From an uncultured delta proteobacterium (GTDB lineage Bacteria; Myxococcota; Myxococcia; Myxococcales; Anaeromyxobacteraceae), in the NCBI GenBank assembly GCA_963828255.1, contig CAWHDZ010000009.1, positions 1-64,000 on the forward strand: a DNA stretch of 64,000 nt. The letters run 5' to 3'. Below are positions 62,724 to 64,000 of this stretch, one piece after another; the first letter of the stretch is position 1, and the number at the start of each line of letters is the position of its first letter. The notes under the pieces were generated by a model. The model did not search any database. It saw only the letters and a program-made list of their open reading frames with translations, and was not told where the DNA came from. The position numbers and the translations under genes are program-made.

Positions 62724-62746
62724 TGGAGCGGGAAAAGGGATTTGAA
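62724..62746 (-). mobile_element. att scar: 3' 23 nt of a tRNA-Gly
   Basis: Minus strand TTCAAATCCCTTTTCCCGCTCCA (T-loop, acceptor strand and CCA); the 5' part of the tRNA is absent. Confidence 0.8.
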
Positions 62747-62819
62747 GGGTCTACACGGTGAGTGAAAATCCCATTGCGGGACGCGCCGTTACCTCACAAC
62801 TCGCCGTGACGCTTCGCCT

Positions 62820-62872
62820 TTCCCGTTCCATCGCCTTCCCTCCCGTTCCGGCTCGTCCCGCCCCGTGGTGCA
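62820..62872. repeat. Dispersed ~52-bp repeat, copy 2
   Basis: Matches 52641..52692; followed by GGGGCACA twice. Confidence 0.8.
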
Positions 62873-62936
62873 TGGTCGGGGCACAGGTGGGGCACATGGA
62901 GAGGGGGCTCCGCGCGCTTCCGTCGAGGGCACGCAG

Positions 62937-63281
62937 TTACTGGATCAACCGTCGGACGGCGTCCTCGAGCGGCACGATCTGGGTGGTCGCGGTGTCCCAT
63001 ACGATGCGCAGGGAAACGCTGAAGTACCCGTGCGCCAGCAGGTTGCGCATGTCGACGATGAGTCGCCAGGGAATCTCGGGAGCCCTCGCCGTCACCTTGT
63101 CCGGGAGGTTTCCCGCTGCCTCGCCGATGATCTCGATGTTCCGGAGGGCGGCGTCGACGCGGATCTCGTCAGCAACGAACGCCTCGTACGTCATCCCCGA
63201 GACGATGTGACGCACCTTGGCGCAGGCCTGCAGGATGTCATCCGCGTAGAGCCGCCAGTCGCGTTCCTGCCTAGCCGACAT
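62937..63281 (-). CDS. HEPN (DUF86/HepT) RNase toxin
   Basis: IEIIGEAA, IPW, RNLLAH (Rx4H), IVW. Confidence 0.9.
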   Translation of the reverse strand: MSARQERDWRLYADDILQACAKVRHIVSGMTYEAFVADEIRVDAALRNIEIIGEAAGNLPDKVTARAPEIPWRLIVDMRNLLAHGYFSVSLRIVWDTATTQIVPLEDAVRRLIQ

Positions 63282-63564
63282 CCACCGCCTCGCGCTCCAC
63301 CGTGGGCCGCATGCGCGGCTTCAGCGCATCCGAGGTGACGAGGTCCACCCTGCGTCCGAGGGTGTCTGCCAAGTAGGCGCGGAGCCCCATGTACGAGAGG
63401 AAGGTCGGGTGACCCTCGAAGTCGACGAGGATGTCCAGGTCGCTGTCGTCCCGGGCCTCGTCCCTCGCGGTCGATCCGAAGAGCGCGATGCGACGCACGC
63501 CGAAGTCCCGCCGGATGGTCGGCAGGAGGCGCCGCAGGGCGGCGATGGCGTCGTCTCGCTTCAT
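63271..63564 (-). CDS. MNT nucleotidyltransferase antitoxin
   Basis: LFGS.AR.....SDLDILVDF; overlaps the HEPN start. Confidence 0.9.
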   Translation of the reverse strand: MKRDDAIAALRRLLPTIRRDFGVRRIALFGSTARDEARDDSDLDILVDFEGHPTFLSYMGLRAYLADTLGRRVDLVTSDALKPRMRPTVEREAVDVG

Positions 63565-63644
63565 GTCGGGAGTATACGGCGTCCACAACCCGGCAGCCAT
63601 GGATGGCCCGGGGTCATCGGGCCAGTCTGCTAAGGCGCCACTCC

Positions 63645-63938
63645 CTAGCTGGACGCACGAACGGCCTCGGCGAAGATCCGGTCGCGCAGTTGCCGCCTCA
63701 CGGCATCACGCATGATCAGGTCCACGCGTGTCCCGAGGATCTCCTCCAGCCTTCGCTGAACGCGAAAGAAATGGAAGAGCCCGATGGGCTCATCGAAGTC
63801 GACCAGGAGATCGACGTCGCTCTCCTTGCCAGCTTCTCCGCGCGCTACCGAGCCGAACAGGTCGAGCGAGCGCACTCCGAGGGCGGTGAGCTCGGAACGA
63901 GCCCCGGCAAGGCGCAGGTGGACGTCGTCGCGCGTCAT
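63645..63938 (-). CDS. Second MNT nucleotidyltransferase (HEPN partner truncated)
   Basis: LFGSVARGEA...SDVDLLVDF. Confidence 0.88.
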   Translation of the reverse strand: MTRDDVHLRLAGARSELTALGVRSLDLFGSVARGEAGKESDVDLLVDFDEPIGLFHFFRVQRRLEEILGTRVDLIMRDAVRRQLRDRIFAEAVRASS

Positions 63939-64000
63939 GGGGGGATTCTAGAGCCAGCCGCTGGCGGAGGCTAGATGGGGTGGTTTGGTGCTGCTCCTTG

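Noticed and set aside
62724..62800. Complete tRNA gene
   Set aside because: Only the 3' 23 nt match; there is no D-arm or anticodon arm.

Overview
High-GC window whose gene content suggests a myxobacterium of the Anaeromyxobacter type (inference). It holds ordinary housekeeping blocks: fdhD/nucleosidase/P-II, two PAS hybrid kinases, pilT, a Mo-oxidoreductase/3-hydroxyacyl-CoA dehydrogenase/thioesterase cluster, a sigma54 activator with an aldehyde dehydrogenase, a LytS/LytTR system with a lactate-utilisation operon, hyi-glxR, an OPT transporter, pgaBCD and a complete mrpABCDEFG operon. Accessory and decayed DNA is also present: an IS50-like IS4 element that splits an HNH endonuclease gene, a second IS4 element, an rve remnant, two tyrosine-integrase remnants, a tRNA-Gly 3' att scar and MNT-HEPN modules. 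The most striking signal the ORF track misses is 39605..40204. This 199-codon frame has two in-frame UGA codons in a U-x7-U arrangement, each followed by a SECIS-like hairpin, making it a candidate double-selenocysteine metal/redox protein translationally coupled behind an OPT transporter. Other highlights: a divergent GlpX-like protein; two small membrane-protein families, each duplicated with phase-conserved upstream boxes; tandem ferritin-like paralogs; pgaBCD lacking pgaA; and a possible chain of mini integrative units. All family calls come from motif recognition by eye; no searches were run.
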